Below are positions 47,783 to 57,040 of a stretch of DNA of 64,000 nucleotides, piece after piece. The number at the start of each line of letters is the position of its first letter. Positions within the stretch are counted from its first letter, which is position 1. The notes beneath the pieces are model-generated. The model had not been told where the DNA came from. It ran no database searches and saw only the letters and a program-made list of their open reading frames with translations. The position numbers and the translations under genes are program-made. The DNA lies in IMG/VR virus record IMGVR_UViG_3300024503_000015, positions 62,001-126,000 of that record; one strand, given 5' to 3'.

Positions 47783-49556
47783 AAACTTCTATGTCGTTAG
47801 CATAACTTGTGAACCCGTTTTCTTTTATTACCTTGAGCACGTTGTTCACTCGACCCACTAATTCATCCCTATGAGAAATTAGATAGATGTTCTTATTACG
47901 TTCTCTGCCCATTTTCTTCAAAACACCCAGAGAGTTTTCAACGCCATTGGCGTCCATACCGCTATCGATAAGTTCATCTATGAATAAGAGATTAATGTTC
48001 TGGTATAATGATTCCCAGACATCGCGGAACGCCCACGACAATCCTAAGATTAAGCGATTCCTTTCTCCTCGTGACAGGTTATCAAAATCTAAGTCCTGCC
48101 CGAGTTGGGTTATTTCTACCGTTAGGTCATTTTGGAATACAACGGTGTGAGGTAGACCCACCTTATCAAGGTAATAAGTCAGACGGTTATTCAAGTAAGC
48201 AAGATTTTGATCTATAATCTTCTTACGAATAAACGAATCTTTTGAAGTTAACAGTTTTAATAAAAACTCTTGATGCTCTTTCATTAGATTTAAACTGTTA
48301 ACAGAGTCCCACGCTACTTCTTGAAGTGCAGTATTCTCTAATTCAGTAATCTGCTCTTGGTAAGTATCGCGTTCTTCTTGTTTATTTTTTAATTGTACAG
48401 CAAGGCTATCTAAATTAGACCTATGATTATAGGCTTCGTTTAGTGTGTCATAGAAAGTCTGTGGACGACCGTTGATGTCTCCAATAGACTCAAGTTCCTT
48501 TATAATCAACTCGAGATCTCCCGCTACCTTGGACAAGTATGTATCTGCATCAGCGAGATTTTTCTCTGCCGCTTTAATCATTTCTTCATGTTTATGATCG
48601 TGCAGTTCTTGTTCACACGCAGGACAAGTCTTGTGTTCTAGTCGTTCTACTTCTTTCTGATACTTTCGTACAGTTTTATCAGCCTGCATCACAGCAGTTT
48701 CTAAGGTAGCCTTTTCTTTGTTAAGACTTTTAATTCTAGCCGCTTGTTCGTCATATACTTTTAACTTTTCATGCTGTGCAATTTCTGCATCAATATCCAC
48801 GCCAGCCAGCTCATCTATGGCTTTTTGTATTTTACTAATGTCTGCATCTTTACTACGTTGCCAAGCCGCTTGTTTTAATTTTAAACTGTCGATGCTTTCT
48901 TGAATTTTATCATTGCTTTTCTTTACAGCATCAATTCTAGCACTTTCCTGTGTAATTTCTTCTTTAGTAATACGTACTTGCTCTTTGAGAGTTTCTGCTT
49001 TTTCACTTAAAAGTGTAATACCTAGTAATTGTTCAATAATTACACGCTGGTCGTTGGCCCGCATACTAAGAAATGGCTCAGTATAAGTGTTCAATGCAAC
49101 AATGTGCTTGAACATATCATGACTCATGCCTAGTAATTCATCAATATCTTTCTGTGTTTCTCGACTATCGCCTTGACCTTCGTCATCTACATCTGCATTT
49201 TCTTGTTCTTGCTCGTCGACATAGAATTTTAATATGTTAGGTTTGCGCCCACGTTCGATTCTGTATAAACGTCCGTCTTTTTCAAACTCAACAGTAACTA
49301 ACATATTCTTAGAATTAATCTTGTTAATAAGATTATCCTTCTTAATGTTAGTCAACGCCTGTCCGTAAAGCCCATAACTTAGTGCATTTACGATAGTGGT
49401 CTTACCCGTGCCGTTTCGAGAGCCGGAATCGTCACCTCCTTGGTCCAAGTTCTCGCCTAAGACGAGGGTAAGTTGTTCTTTACCAAAATCTACTGCCTGT
49501 GTAGCATTACCTACACTCATGAAATTTTTAACTGTTAAGTCTTTTATTCTAATCAT
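47775..49556 (-). CDS. gp46: Recombination endonuclease ATPase subunit (gp46/SbcC/Rad50)
   Basis: KNFMSVGN, Walker A NGTGKTT, CPAC zinc hook, LSRGE signature, Walker B LLFIDE, ISH. Confidence 0.95.
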   Translation of the reverse strand: MIRIKDLTVKNFMSVGNATQAVDFGKEQLTLVLGENLDQGGDDSGSRNGTGKTTIVNALSYGLYGQALTNIKKDNLINKINSKNMLVTVEFEKDGRLYRIERGRKPNILKFYVDEQEQENADVDDEGQGDSRETQKDIDELLGMSHDMFKHIVALNTYTEPFLSMRANDQRVIIEQLLGITLLSEKAETLKEQVRITKEEITQESARIDAVKKSNDKIQESIDSLKLKQAAWQRSKDADISKIQKAIDELAGVDIDAEIAQHEKLKVYDEQAARIKSLNKEKATLETAVMQADKTVRKYQKEVERLEHKTCPACEQELHDHKHEEMIKAAEKNLADADTYLSKVAGDLELIIKELESIGDINGRPQTFYDTLNEAYNHRSNLDSLAVQLKNKQEERDTYQEQITELENTALQEVAWDSVNSLNLMKEHQEFLLKLLTSKDSFIRKKIIDQNLAYLNNRLTYYLDKVGLPHTVVFQNDLTVEITQLGQDLDFDNLSRGERNRLILGLSWAFRDVWESLYQNINLLFIDELIDSGMDANGVENSLGVLKKMGRERNKNIYLISHRDELVGRVNNVLKVIKENGFTSYANDIEVYD

Positions 49557-50557
49557 AGGTTATTATAAATCGCGAGTAATACTTTAGGATCGTATGTGTC
49601 GCTTTGTATGCTGGCAATTTGATTACTAACAATTTGATCTACACTTTCAAACTGTTGGACATCAAGGTTAGTGTTAATTTCTACGTCTTTCTTCTCAGGA
49701 ATTAATGTAAGTTCTCTGATATTTTCCTGAGCCATAAATGTTTCTTTAATAAAACTGGCTTCTTCGAAACTAATATCAATATCAATACCTACACGTAGAT
49801 ATGTTTTAGGAAGAATTAGTGTTTCGGATTCGTCAATAAGTTGACTCAGTTTTACAGTCTTAAACTTAGGAGCATCGTTCCAAACTTTATACACAGGCTT
49901 CTTTCCGTGTTCTAAAATCATCATGCCTCTGTCGTCGTCCCAAGCATCTGCATAGTTGTGCGGAAACGCATTACCAATGTAAACAATATTTTCTTTTGCT
50001 TGGCGTTTATGAAAGTGCCCGCTGAATACATATTCAGGGTTCTTAAAGTTGCTGGCCTGTAACTCACCGTGGTCCGGCATCTGCACCATTGCGTTCATCA
50101 TAAACAACGGAAGTTCAAAGTGTCCAAACACATAACGACTTTTTAACTTTTCCATCTTTTTCCACTCATCGCCTACTAACCAAGGAACTAGTGTAACATC
50201 ATCTATGGTAGTAATTTCGCTGATAACAGTTACTCCTGGAATATGTCTGCCCCAGTCAACTGAGTGTACATCACGCTTATCCTTATAGTATAAGTCGTGA
50301 TTGCCTGGAAAGAAGTAAAACTGATCAAATGCCTTGCCCAGTTTTTCTAAACAGCGGATTGAACTGTGCATAGTCAACATATTAAGACTGTTTCGATTGT
50401 GATGCCAATCGCCTAGGAAGATGCCAGTATCACATCCTTCCTTTTTAGCCTCAGCAATAAACCAATCTACGAATTCTTCGCAGTCCTGATTATGTGTACT
50501 AGAGTTCGATTTTAATCCAAAGTGTATGTCTGTAAAACACGCAACTTTTTTAAACAT
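49553..50557 (-). CDS. gp47: Recombination endonuclease nuclease subunit (gp47/SbcD/Mre11)
   Basis: DIHFG, GDWHH, GNHD, GHFE and SGHFH metallophosphoesterase motifs. Confidence 0.95.
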   Translation of the reverse strand: MFKKVACFTDIHFGLKSNSSTHNQDCEEFVDWFIAEAKKEGCDTGIFLGDWHHNRNSLNMLTMHSSIRCLEKLGKAFDQFYFFPGNHDLYYKDKRDVHSVDWGRHIPGVTVISEITTIDDVTLVPWLVGDEWKKMEKLKSRYVFGHFELPLFMMNAMVQMPDHGELQASNFKNPEYVFSGHFHKRQAKENIVYIGNAFPHNYADAWDDDRGMMILEHGKKPVYKVWNDAPKFKTVKLSQLIDESETLILPKTYLRVGIDIDISFEEASFIKETFMAQENIRELTLIPEKKDVEINTNLDVQQFESVDQIVSNQIASIQSDTYDPKVLLAIYNNL

Positions 50558-50574
50558 TATAATCCTTTTTGGTT

Positions 50575-50604
50575 ATTATAGCAAAAATACAACAGCCGTG
50601 TCAA
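50575..50604 (-). promoter_or_regulatory. sigma70-type promoter for gp47-gp46
   Basis: TTGACA-N18-TATAAT with extended -10 TG. Confidence 0.8.
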
Positions 50605-51431
50605 TCTTCTGCGGCCGGTGTATTCTCTCGTTTCATTGCGTTATCGTATTCTTGATTAATCATACGGGTGTAACTTGGGTTCATACCATTTTCTTGCAAG
50701 ATATCGTCTCGGATGTTTTGCATTTTCTTTTCGATATTAATGACACGGACAAACGAATTCGTGACTGCCGCGGTAAAATATGCGAAAGGGTTATCACTTT
50801 TGCTTTCATCAAATTGTAATCCTATTTGTGTAAGTTGAAGGATTGCTTGACCCTTCATTTCGTCATTGTAAGTATAACCTCTAACGTTACCTCTGGTAGC
50901 ATATCGTTCGCAGAGTTTGATATACATACGGGCTAGTGTGTCTGTAATTTGACCATGATCTTTACTGAACTTGCCCTTAATCATTCCGCCCTTCCAGTGG
51001 CTTTTACCTACACATATTAGTTCGTCATTGTCGTCAAATTTCCAGTGCTGGAACGCTGGAAAATTTACTTTCTCTCTATGATCCGCCTGACTTTTTGGTG
51101 TACGTTTACGCCCAGGTTCTAGCGGAATGTGATCGTAAGTCATAATTCTAAAAACTAAATCAGTTTTTTCAATTTTCTTATAATCTACTTCAAACTCGGC
51201 TACTTTAACTTTGGGGTTTACGGCTTTAGCCGCTTCAAATGCTTGTTGTTGCTGTCGTTTAGCCTTAACTCTTTTGGCTTCTGCGATGGTTCTAATGTTA
51301 ATTTTTTCTAAACTTGGTAGTATTAAGTCGTATTGATGGTACTCTGGCTTAACAAAACTACAGTAAGAGTTCTTACTTTTGTGTATCTCGGATAACAAAT
51401 CTTTGTTATTCAGGTAGTTAACTTTTTTCAT
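50601..51431 (-). CDS. gp55: Late transcription sigma factor (T4 gp55 family)
   Basis: NYLNNKDLL, RGYTYNDEM and FDESKSDNPFAYFT....NSF motifs. Confidence 0.88.
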   Translation of the reverse strand: MKKVNYLNNKDLLSEIHKSKNSYCSFVKPEYHQYDLILPSLEKINIRTIAEAKRVKAKRQQQQAFEAAKAVNPKVKVAEFEVDYKKIEKTDLVFRIMTYDHIPLEPGRKRTPKSQADHREKVNFPAFQHWKFDDNDELICVGKSHWKGGMIKGKFSKDHGQITDTLARMYIKLCERYATRGNVRGYTYNDEMKGQAILQLTQIGLQFDESKSDNPFAYFTAAVTNSFVRVINIEKKMQNIRDDILQENGMNPSYTRMINQEYDNAMKRENTPAAED

Positions 51432-51455
51432 TATAATTATGACTCCTCACTATAA

Positions 51456-51484
51456 ATTATAAACTATGCACTTAATAAAGTCAA
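51456..51484 (-). promoter_or_regulatory. sigma70-type promoter for gp55
   Basis: TTGACT-N17-TATAAT followed by GAGGAG RBS. Confidence 0.85.
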
Positions 51485-51490
51485 TAAATA
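51484..51490 (+). promoter_or_regulatory. Late promoter (ATAAATA) for the baseplate operon
   Basis: TAAATA core, AAGGA RBS downstream. Confidence 0.7.
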
Positions 51491-51512
51491 TGTTTAACAA
51501 GGATAACCAAAA

Positions 51513-52400
51513 ATGCCATTAGACTTAAACAATTTTGTTAGCGGTGCTAGATCTATTGCTGGCTCTGTAGCCGGTACATTGGGTACTATCGGGAATACGG
51601 TAAACACATTAAAAACGGAAGGGTTTGGCGCGGCATTACGTAGCGTTAATTTACTCCCGGGCGGAGAAACAGGCGCAAAAAGTAATCCAGCATCTGCAAT
51701 TTTTAGTTCATCTGCAAGTAGAGATTGGAGAGTGCGTTTAAGCCTCCCAACTAACCCAGCATATAAATCTAGTTCTATTATGCGTCCGTTGATAGAAACC
51801 AATGGTATGGTGTTTCCTTTTACGCCCTCAATACAGATGCAACATACGGCAAACTACCAGCCAATGACACCTGTACACAATAATTATCCTTTCTTGTCTT
51901 ATGAAAACAGCAAAGTTGATGCAATGACAATTACAGGACAGTTTTTCTGCGAAGATGCTGTGGAAGCCGCATACTGGATTGCCGCAGTACATTATCTAAA
52001 ATCAGTAACAAAGATGGCATTCGGTTCTGACACAAATGCAGGAGCACCTCCTCCAGTATTAAAACTTAACGGATACGGAGATTATGTATTCAAAGATGTG
52101 CCTGTGGTAGTTACAAACTTTTCAATAGAATTACCTAATGATTGTGATTATATTTCTACAGGACTATCTGCCGGCGCACCTAGTGCAGGTGTAGTATCAA
52201 AGGCAGCATCTTTAGTTGGAATTAACATTCCAGGATCCAGCGTAGGACAAGGTGTCGCGTGGGCACCAGTTAAAAGTACAATTACAGTTACAGTACAGCC
52301 ATTGTACAGTAGAGAACAAGTTAGAAACTTTAGCCTTGATAAGTTTATCAAAGGAGACTATGTACTTGGTTCAGGTAACAATAAATCAGGATTCATTTAA
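51513..52400 (+). CDS. Baseplate-tail tube initiator-like protein (gp48/gp54 position)
   Basis: FPFTP.I....A.Y....H.NY, G.PPPV..LNGYG..F..VPVVV..F...LP.D.DY tube-fold pattern; precedes the gp53-like gene. Confidence 0.55.
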   Translation: MPLDLNNFVSGARSIAGSVAGTLGTIGNTVNTLKTEGFGAALRSVNLLPGGETGAKSNPASAIFSSSASRDWRVRLSLPTNPAYKSSSIMRPLIETNGMVFPFTPSIQMQHTANYQPMTPVHNNYPFLSYENSKVDAMTITGQFFCEDAVEAAYWIAAVHYLKSVTKMAFGSDTNAGAPPPVLKLNGYGDYVFKDVPVVVTNFSIELPNDCDYISTGLSAGAPSAGVVSKAASLVGINIPGSSVGQGVAWAPVKSTITVTVQPLYSREQVRNFSLDKFIKGDYVLGSGNNKSGFI

Positions 52401-52699
52401 TGGTAACGTATAACAATAAAAGCCCGTGGTTTAAAACACAAGAACTTCCAGGATTTCTTGCACCTATCAATGTGCGCCCAGTTAGTGCAGAGCCAGACGA
52501 TTGGGTTTATACAATTGAACCGCAGTACAATCACAGACCTGATTTATTAGCATATGACTTGTATGGCTCTACTAAATTATGGTGGGTGTTCATGCAACGT
52601 AATATGGACACTATAAAAGATCCAATTTTTGATTTTAGATCTGGAGTAAAAATTTACATTCCTAAAAAATCTAGTTTATTCGATGTGTTAGGATTATAA
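52400..52699 (+). CDS. gp53: Baseplate wedge protein (gp53/LysM-like)
   Basis: RPDLLAYDLYG...LWWVF...N....DP..DF..G..I.IP. Confidence 0.75.
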   Translation: MVTYNNKSPWFKTQELPGFLAPINVRPVSAEPDDWVYTIEPQYNHRPDLLAYDLYGSTKLWWVFMQRNMDTIKDPIFDFRSGVKIYIPKKSSLFDVLGL

Positions 52700-52700
52700 T

Positions 52701-55136
52701 ATGCCTTTAACAGACAGTATCGGTATTAAACGAAATGTACTGGAAAAATTTTCTTCCTATAACAGCATTTTTACAATTAGTGCTTTAACTAGTGAACAAA
52801 TAAATTTTCCAGAATCATCTACAAGTTATAAAAATAATCAACTAGGACAGATTATTTTACGTAGCGGTGCAGGCAGACCCGACAACAGAGTTATGACTGC
52901 ATATACTTCAGCGGCAAACCCAACAGGAAAATACGACTTTTATATTGACAACATTGAAATAGGTAGTTTAATAACCTACGATAAAAGAACTAAAGGAACA
53001 AACTCTACAAATATAAGTTTTGAAATATTTGAACCTTATAGTTTAGGAATGTTTTTACAGACATTACAATTAGCCGCCGCCGCACAATCGGATCAAGGTA
53101 TGATGGTTAACTATACAGAAATGCCTTTTTTGTTAACCATAGAATTTATTGGCTATGACAGCGCAGGAAATATTATTCCTGTAGACGACGTTTTAAATCG
53201 ACACATTCCTTTTACTTGGGGACAGATAGAAATGGATATTTCTGCCTCTGGTTGTCGATATAAATGCACAGCCATTCCTTACAACGAATCTGCACTGTCA
53301 GACGAAGTAAACACATTAAAATCAGATATAAAAATCAGCGGCACAACAGTTCAGGAAATATTACAGTCGGGTACTAATAGTCTGCAAAGATGGGCCAATG
53401 AGCGTACAAAAGAAATGGCCAAACAAGGAAGTGAAACAGGCAAAGAAGAATATGTTCCAGACGAAATTGTTATAATCTTTCCTAAAGACGGCGCACAGAT
53501 ATCATCTACAGAAATTCAAGATGATGCTGGACAATCAGCAACAGTTAATCCATCGTCGGAATCAAAAGATAAAAAAGTTCAAGAAAAATTAACATTAAAC
53601 AAAAGTAGTAACTCTGTGGGCGGCACAGCAGGATCTGTAAAAATGCTCGTGCAGAATTCAGAATCTTTAAACGATATAGGTAAATCAAAAATGGGATTTG
53701 ACCTAGACACTGGCGGAGACAGTCAATTAAAACCTAAAGATCAAATACAAAAAGACCCAGACAAGCCTAACTCTAGAAAAGACAACGTCTACGATCCTAA
53801 GGATAAAGTTTTTAAATTTGGCCAAGGCACAACAATAGTTAATGCTATTACAGAAGTATTGTTGATGAGCGAATTTTGTAAAACAAACACAACGGCGCCT
53901 TCAGACAAAATGGGATTTAAAAAATGGTTTAGAATTGAAACACAGGTATTCAATTTAAAGCCACAGCCTGGAAACAATAACAGGGCAAAGATTCCTAAAC
54001 TTTATGTTTTTAAAATTGTTGAATATCTTGTACACGAGCACAGATTTAAACCTCCAGGCGCACAGCCACAGGGTTACGATGAATTAAAAAAGAATGCAGT
54101 TAAAGAATACAATTACATTTACACTGGCAAAAACGTAGATATTCTTACTTTTAATATTCAATTAAAAGCAGGATTGTTTACAACGGCTTATGCAGATAAA
54201 AACGCACTATCCGGCGCGGTGTACCCGCAAATTAATGGCCAAGGCGTAGGTTCCGCAGGACAACCGACCAACGACGAAGCAAACAAAAATGCTGTTGAAA
54301 AAGGTGCTCCAGTTGTTCCTGTAGGCGAAACATTTAGAAGATATAAAAATGCTGGTGGCGGTCCAAACGATGACTATCGTAGTTTAGTTGCTAAAAACTT
54401 TTACGAAGCATTACTAAACAGTCAAGCAGATTTAATGACAGCAGACATAGAAATACTAGGAGACCCTTACTATATTGCCGATAGTGGTATGGGAAATTTC
54501 AGTGACATTCCTGCAAACTTTAATGAAACATCCAGTGGCGCAATGAATTATCAAAGTGGCGAAGTCGATGTTATCGTTAATTTTAGAACACCATCGGATT
54601 ATAATTCTATCACCGGAAACATGGACTTTATGTCTGGTGTTCAAAATGCAGGATTTAGTGGGTTGTATAATGTTCAAGAAGTTACAAACGTCTTTAAAGG
54701 CGGAAAATTTACACAAACATTAAAAGCAATACGCAGACCAATACAAGAACCAGTTAAAGAAGCACCGGCTGAAACTAAACAAGATGTTAAAAAACAAGAA
54801 GTTCCTGTAGCAGAACAAGCAACAAACAAACCTGAACCTCCAAAACAACAAACGTTTGCACAGGCATTTGCATCTGCAAGAAAGAGTGCAGGAAATAGCG
54901 GCGGCAGATTTACTTGGACAGATCCTAAGACAGGTAATACTGGAGTTTATCATACTGGATATAAAGGTGAAAATGTATTACCGCCTAACACAGACGAAGG
55001 TAAATCATTAACACAACGTCCAGGAGAAACTGCTAAGAAGTCAATCGATTCTGTTTCTAAAGGATCGAGAGAAAGTCAAGTTGAATACACTAATACAGGA
55101 ATACCAATTCCAGGAAGACCAAGAGGCGGCGCATAA
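52701..55136 (+). CDS. Baseplate hub protein (gp27/VgrG-N-like)
   Basis: Between gp53 and gp5; I.EPY..G.F, K.Y.YIYTG.N.DI..F, I.GDPY and SGLY.V..V...F..G.FTQ.L motifs. Confidence 0.6.
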   Translation: MPLTDSIGIKRNVLEKFSSYNSIFTISALTSEQINFPESSTSYKNNQLGQIILRSGAGRPDNRVMTAYTSAANPTGKYDFYIDNIEIGSLITYDKRTKGTNSTNISFEIFEPYSLGMFLQTLQLAAAAQSDQGMMVNYTEMPFLLTIEFIGYDSAGNIIPVDDVLNRHIPFTWGQIEMDISASGCRYKCTAIPYNESALSDEVNTLKSDIKISGTTVQEILQSGTNSLQRWANERTKEMAKQGSETGKEEYVPDEIVIIFPKDGAQISSTEIQDDAGQSATVNPSSESKDKKVQEKLTLNKSSNSVGGTAGSVKMLVQNSESLNDIGKSKMGFDLDTGGDSQLKPKDQIQKDPDKPNSRKDNVYDPKDKVFKFGQGTTIVNAITEVLLMSEFCKTNTTAPSDKMGFKKWFRIETQVFNLKPQPGNNNRAKIPKLYVFKIVEYLVHEHRFKPPGAQPQGYDELKKNAVKEYNYIYTGKNVDILTFNIQLKAGLFTTAYADKNALSGAVYPQINGQGVGSAGQPTNDEANKNAVEKGAPVVPVGETFRRYKNAGGGPNDDYRSLVAKNFYEALLNSQADLMTADIEILGDPYYIADSGMGNFSDIPANFNETSSGAMNYQSGEVDVIVNFRTPSDYNSITGNMDFMSGVQNAGFSGLYNVQEVTNVFKGGKFTQTLKAIRRPIQEPVKEAPAETKQDVKKQEVPVAEQATNKPEPPKQQTFAQAFASARKSAGNSGGRFTWTDPKTGNTGVYHTGYKGENVLPPNTDEGKSLTQRPGETAKKSIDSVSKGSRESQVEYTNTGIPIPGRPRGGA

Positions 55137-56530
55137 TGTCTAATGAAAATAATAGAAGTAATGAAGTAAGCGGTGGAAGAGTTGATCCAGGCCCTCACTT
55201 GGCAAGAGTAGTTAGAAATGAAGATAACAAATATATGGGCACACTCCATGTACAGTTATTGCGTGATGTTGGTAATATACCAAACAGTGAAGGTAGCACA
55301 TATCCTGTACAGTATCTAAGTCCATTTTATGGTGTTACTAGTTTAGAGCATGTGGGAAAAAATAATACCTATGACGACACACAAAAAAGTTACGGTATGT
55401 GGATGGTGCCGCCAACTGAAGGAGGAATAGTTGTTGTTATTTTTATTGAAGGCGATACTAGCAAAGGTTTCTGGCTAGGCTGTGTTCAGGATGAATACAT
55501 GAATTTTATGATTCCTGGAATTGCCGCAACGGAATTGAATACAAAAATTCCTCCAGCAAAAGAACCTGTAGCAGAATACAATAAAAAACTTAATACAGGA
55601 AATCAACCTGATGCTACACAAATTAAAAAACCTGTACATCCGTTTACAGGAGTATTAAGCACACAAGGTTTACTAACAGATGAAATTAGAGGCATAACAA
55701 CTAGCTCTGCTCGCAGAGAAAGCCCAAGTAATGTATTTGGTATTAGTACCCCAGGGCCTGTAGATAGATTATCTGGACAGGCACGCGGTACAGTTGGAAC
55801 AAAAGAAAATCCTGTTAAAGGAGCCTTTGTTAGTCGTTTAGGCGGCACAACTTTAGTAATGGATGACGGCGATGAAAATTATCTACGAACAGGACATGCT
55901 TCAGAAACTGCTTCTAATTATGTGTCTGTAGATGACAAAGGCGGCAGCAAAGATATACCTCACAATGAATTATTTCGTATTAGGACAAGAACTGGACATC
56001 AGATTCTTTTACACAATAGTGAAGATTTAATTTACATAGGTAATGCTCGAGGTACTACTTGGATCGAATTGACTAGCAACGGAAAGATAGATATTTTTGC
56101 CGAAGACAGCATTAGTATCCATACTAAAAACGACCTAAATATTACAGCAGACAGAGATATTAATATGAAAGCCGGTAGAAATATAAATTTAATTGCCGGA
56201 GAAAAAATGCACACGGAAACGGGTGCAGACTGGTTAGTGTCTGTAGGTGCAGACAGCAAATTAACAGTTAGCGGACAGAGCAATATCAGTGCCGGCGGCA
56301 ACCATGTTGAAACAGCCAGCCAAATTCATATGAACGGCCCTGCGGCATCGACCTGCGGATCGGCTAGTGCGCCCAAGCGAATTCCACAGCACGAACCGTG
56401 GTCAGGACATGAAAATTTAAATCCAGCAGGCCATACTCCTGCTAAAACAGACTCTAGTTCTAGTGCAAGTGTAACAGATGGAACACAGTCTAAAATCGTT
56501 GATACCTTCAAAAAGATATCAAAAAAATAA
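55136..56530 (+). CDS. gp5: Baseplate central spike (gp5/VgrG-like), no lysozyme domain
   Basis: OB-fold SYGMWMVPP..G..V.V.F..GD...GFW.GC; RTRTGHQI.L.N...IYI.N..G..WIEL..NG.ID; beta-helix repeats. Confidence 0.75.
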   Translation: MSNENNRSNEVSGGRVDPGPHLARVVRNEDNKYMGTLHVQLLRDVGNIPNSEGSTYPVQYLSPFYGVTSLEHVGKNNTYDDTQKSYGMWMVPPTEGGIVVVIFIEGDTSKGFWLGCVQDEYMNFMIPGIAATELNTKIPPAKEPVAEYNKKLNTGNQPDATQIKKPVHPFTGVLSTQGLLTDEIRGITTSSARRESPSNVFGISTPGPVDRLSGQARGTVGTKENPVKGAFVSRLGGTTLVMDDGDENYLRTGHASETASNYVSVDDKGGSKDIPHNELFRIRTRTGHQILLHNSEDLIYIGNARGTTWIELTSNGKIDIFAEDSISIHTKNDLNITADRDINMKAGRNINLIAGEKMHTETGADWLVSVGADSKLTVSGQSNISAGGNHVETASQIHMNGPAASTCGSASAPKRIPQHEPWSGHENLNPAGHTPAKTDSSSSASVTDGTQSKIVDTFKKISKK

Positions 56531-56533
56531 GAA

Positions 56534-56540
56534 ATAAATA
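56534..56540 (+). promoter_or_regulatory. Late promoter (ATAAATA)
   Basis: 7 nt upstream of gp25 ATG. Confidence 0.6.
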
Positions 56541-56547
56541 TTAAACT

Positions 56548-56991
56548 ATGGCAACTTATAACTCAGTCTCAGGTAGAAGTGTAATCCCTCAAAACGGAAT
56601 ACCAGATGCCGTTCCAACGGGCCGAGCGTACCGCGGACTAAGCACAATTAGCAACCCAACAGGTAGTTTTACACTATATGATTTAAGTCTAATCAAGCAG
56701 GATATTGTGAATCATCTACATATTAGACAGGGTGAAAAATTAGAAAATCCTGAGTTTGGTTGTATTATTTGGGACCTTTTATTCGATCCTTTAACAGAAG
56801 AATTAAAAGATATTATTGCAGAAAACGTTACACAGATAATGAACTACGACCCTAGAGTTAAAGTAGATAGCCTTATAGTAAGCCAATATGAAAGCGGCAT
56901 TCAAGTAGAATGTAACTTAACTTATTTGCCTTATAATATTTCTGAACAACTACGCTTCAGATTTGACGAAGAAAATAACATCCTCAGTTAA
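56548..56991 (+). CDS. gp25: Baseplate wedge subunit (gp25 family)
   Basis: IKQDI.NH...R.GE...NP.FG.IIWD.LF.P and YDPRV motifs. Confidence 0.88.
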   Translation: MATYNSVSGRSVIPQNGIPDAVPTGRAYRGLSTISNPTGSFTLYDLSLIKQDIVNHLHIRQGEKLENPEFGCIIWDLLFDPLTEELKDIIAENVTQIMNYDPRVKVDSLIVSQYESGIQVECNLTYLPYNISEQLRFRFDEENNILS

Positions 56992-57015
56992 TAATCTACC
57001 CACTTTTTAGACTTG

Positions 57016-57022
57016 ATAAATA
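57016..57022 (+). promoter_or_regulatory. Late promoter (ATAAATA)
   Basis: Upstream of GAGG RBS of gp6. Confidence 0.65.
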
Positions 57023-57040
57023 TAATATCGAGGGCTGATT

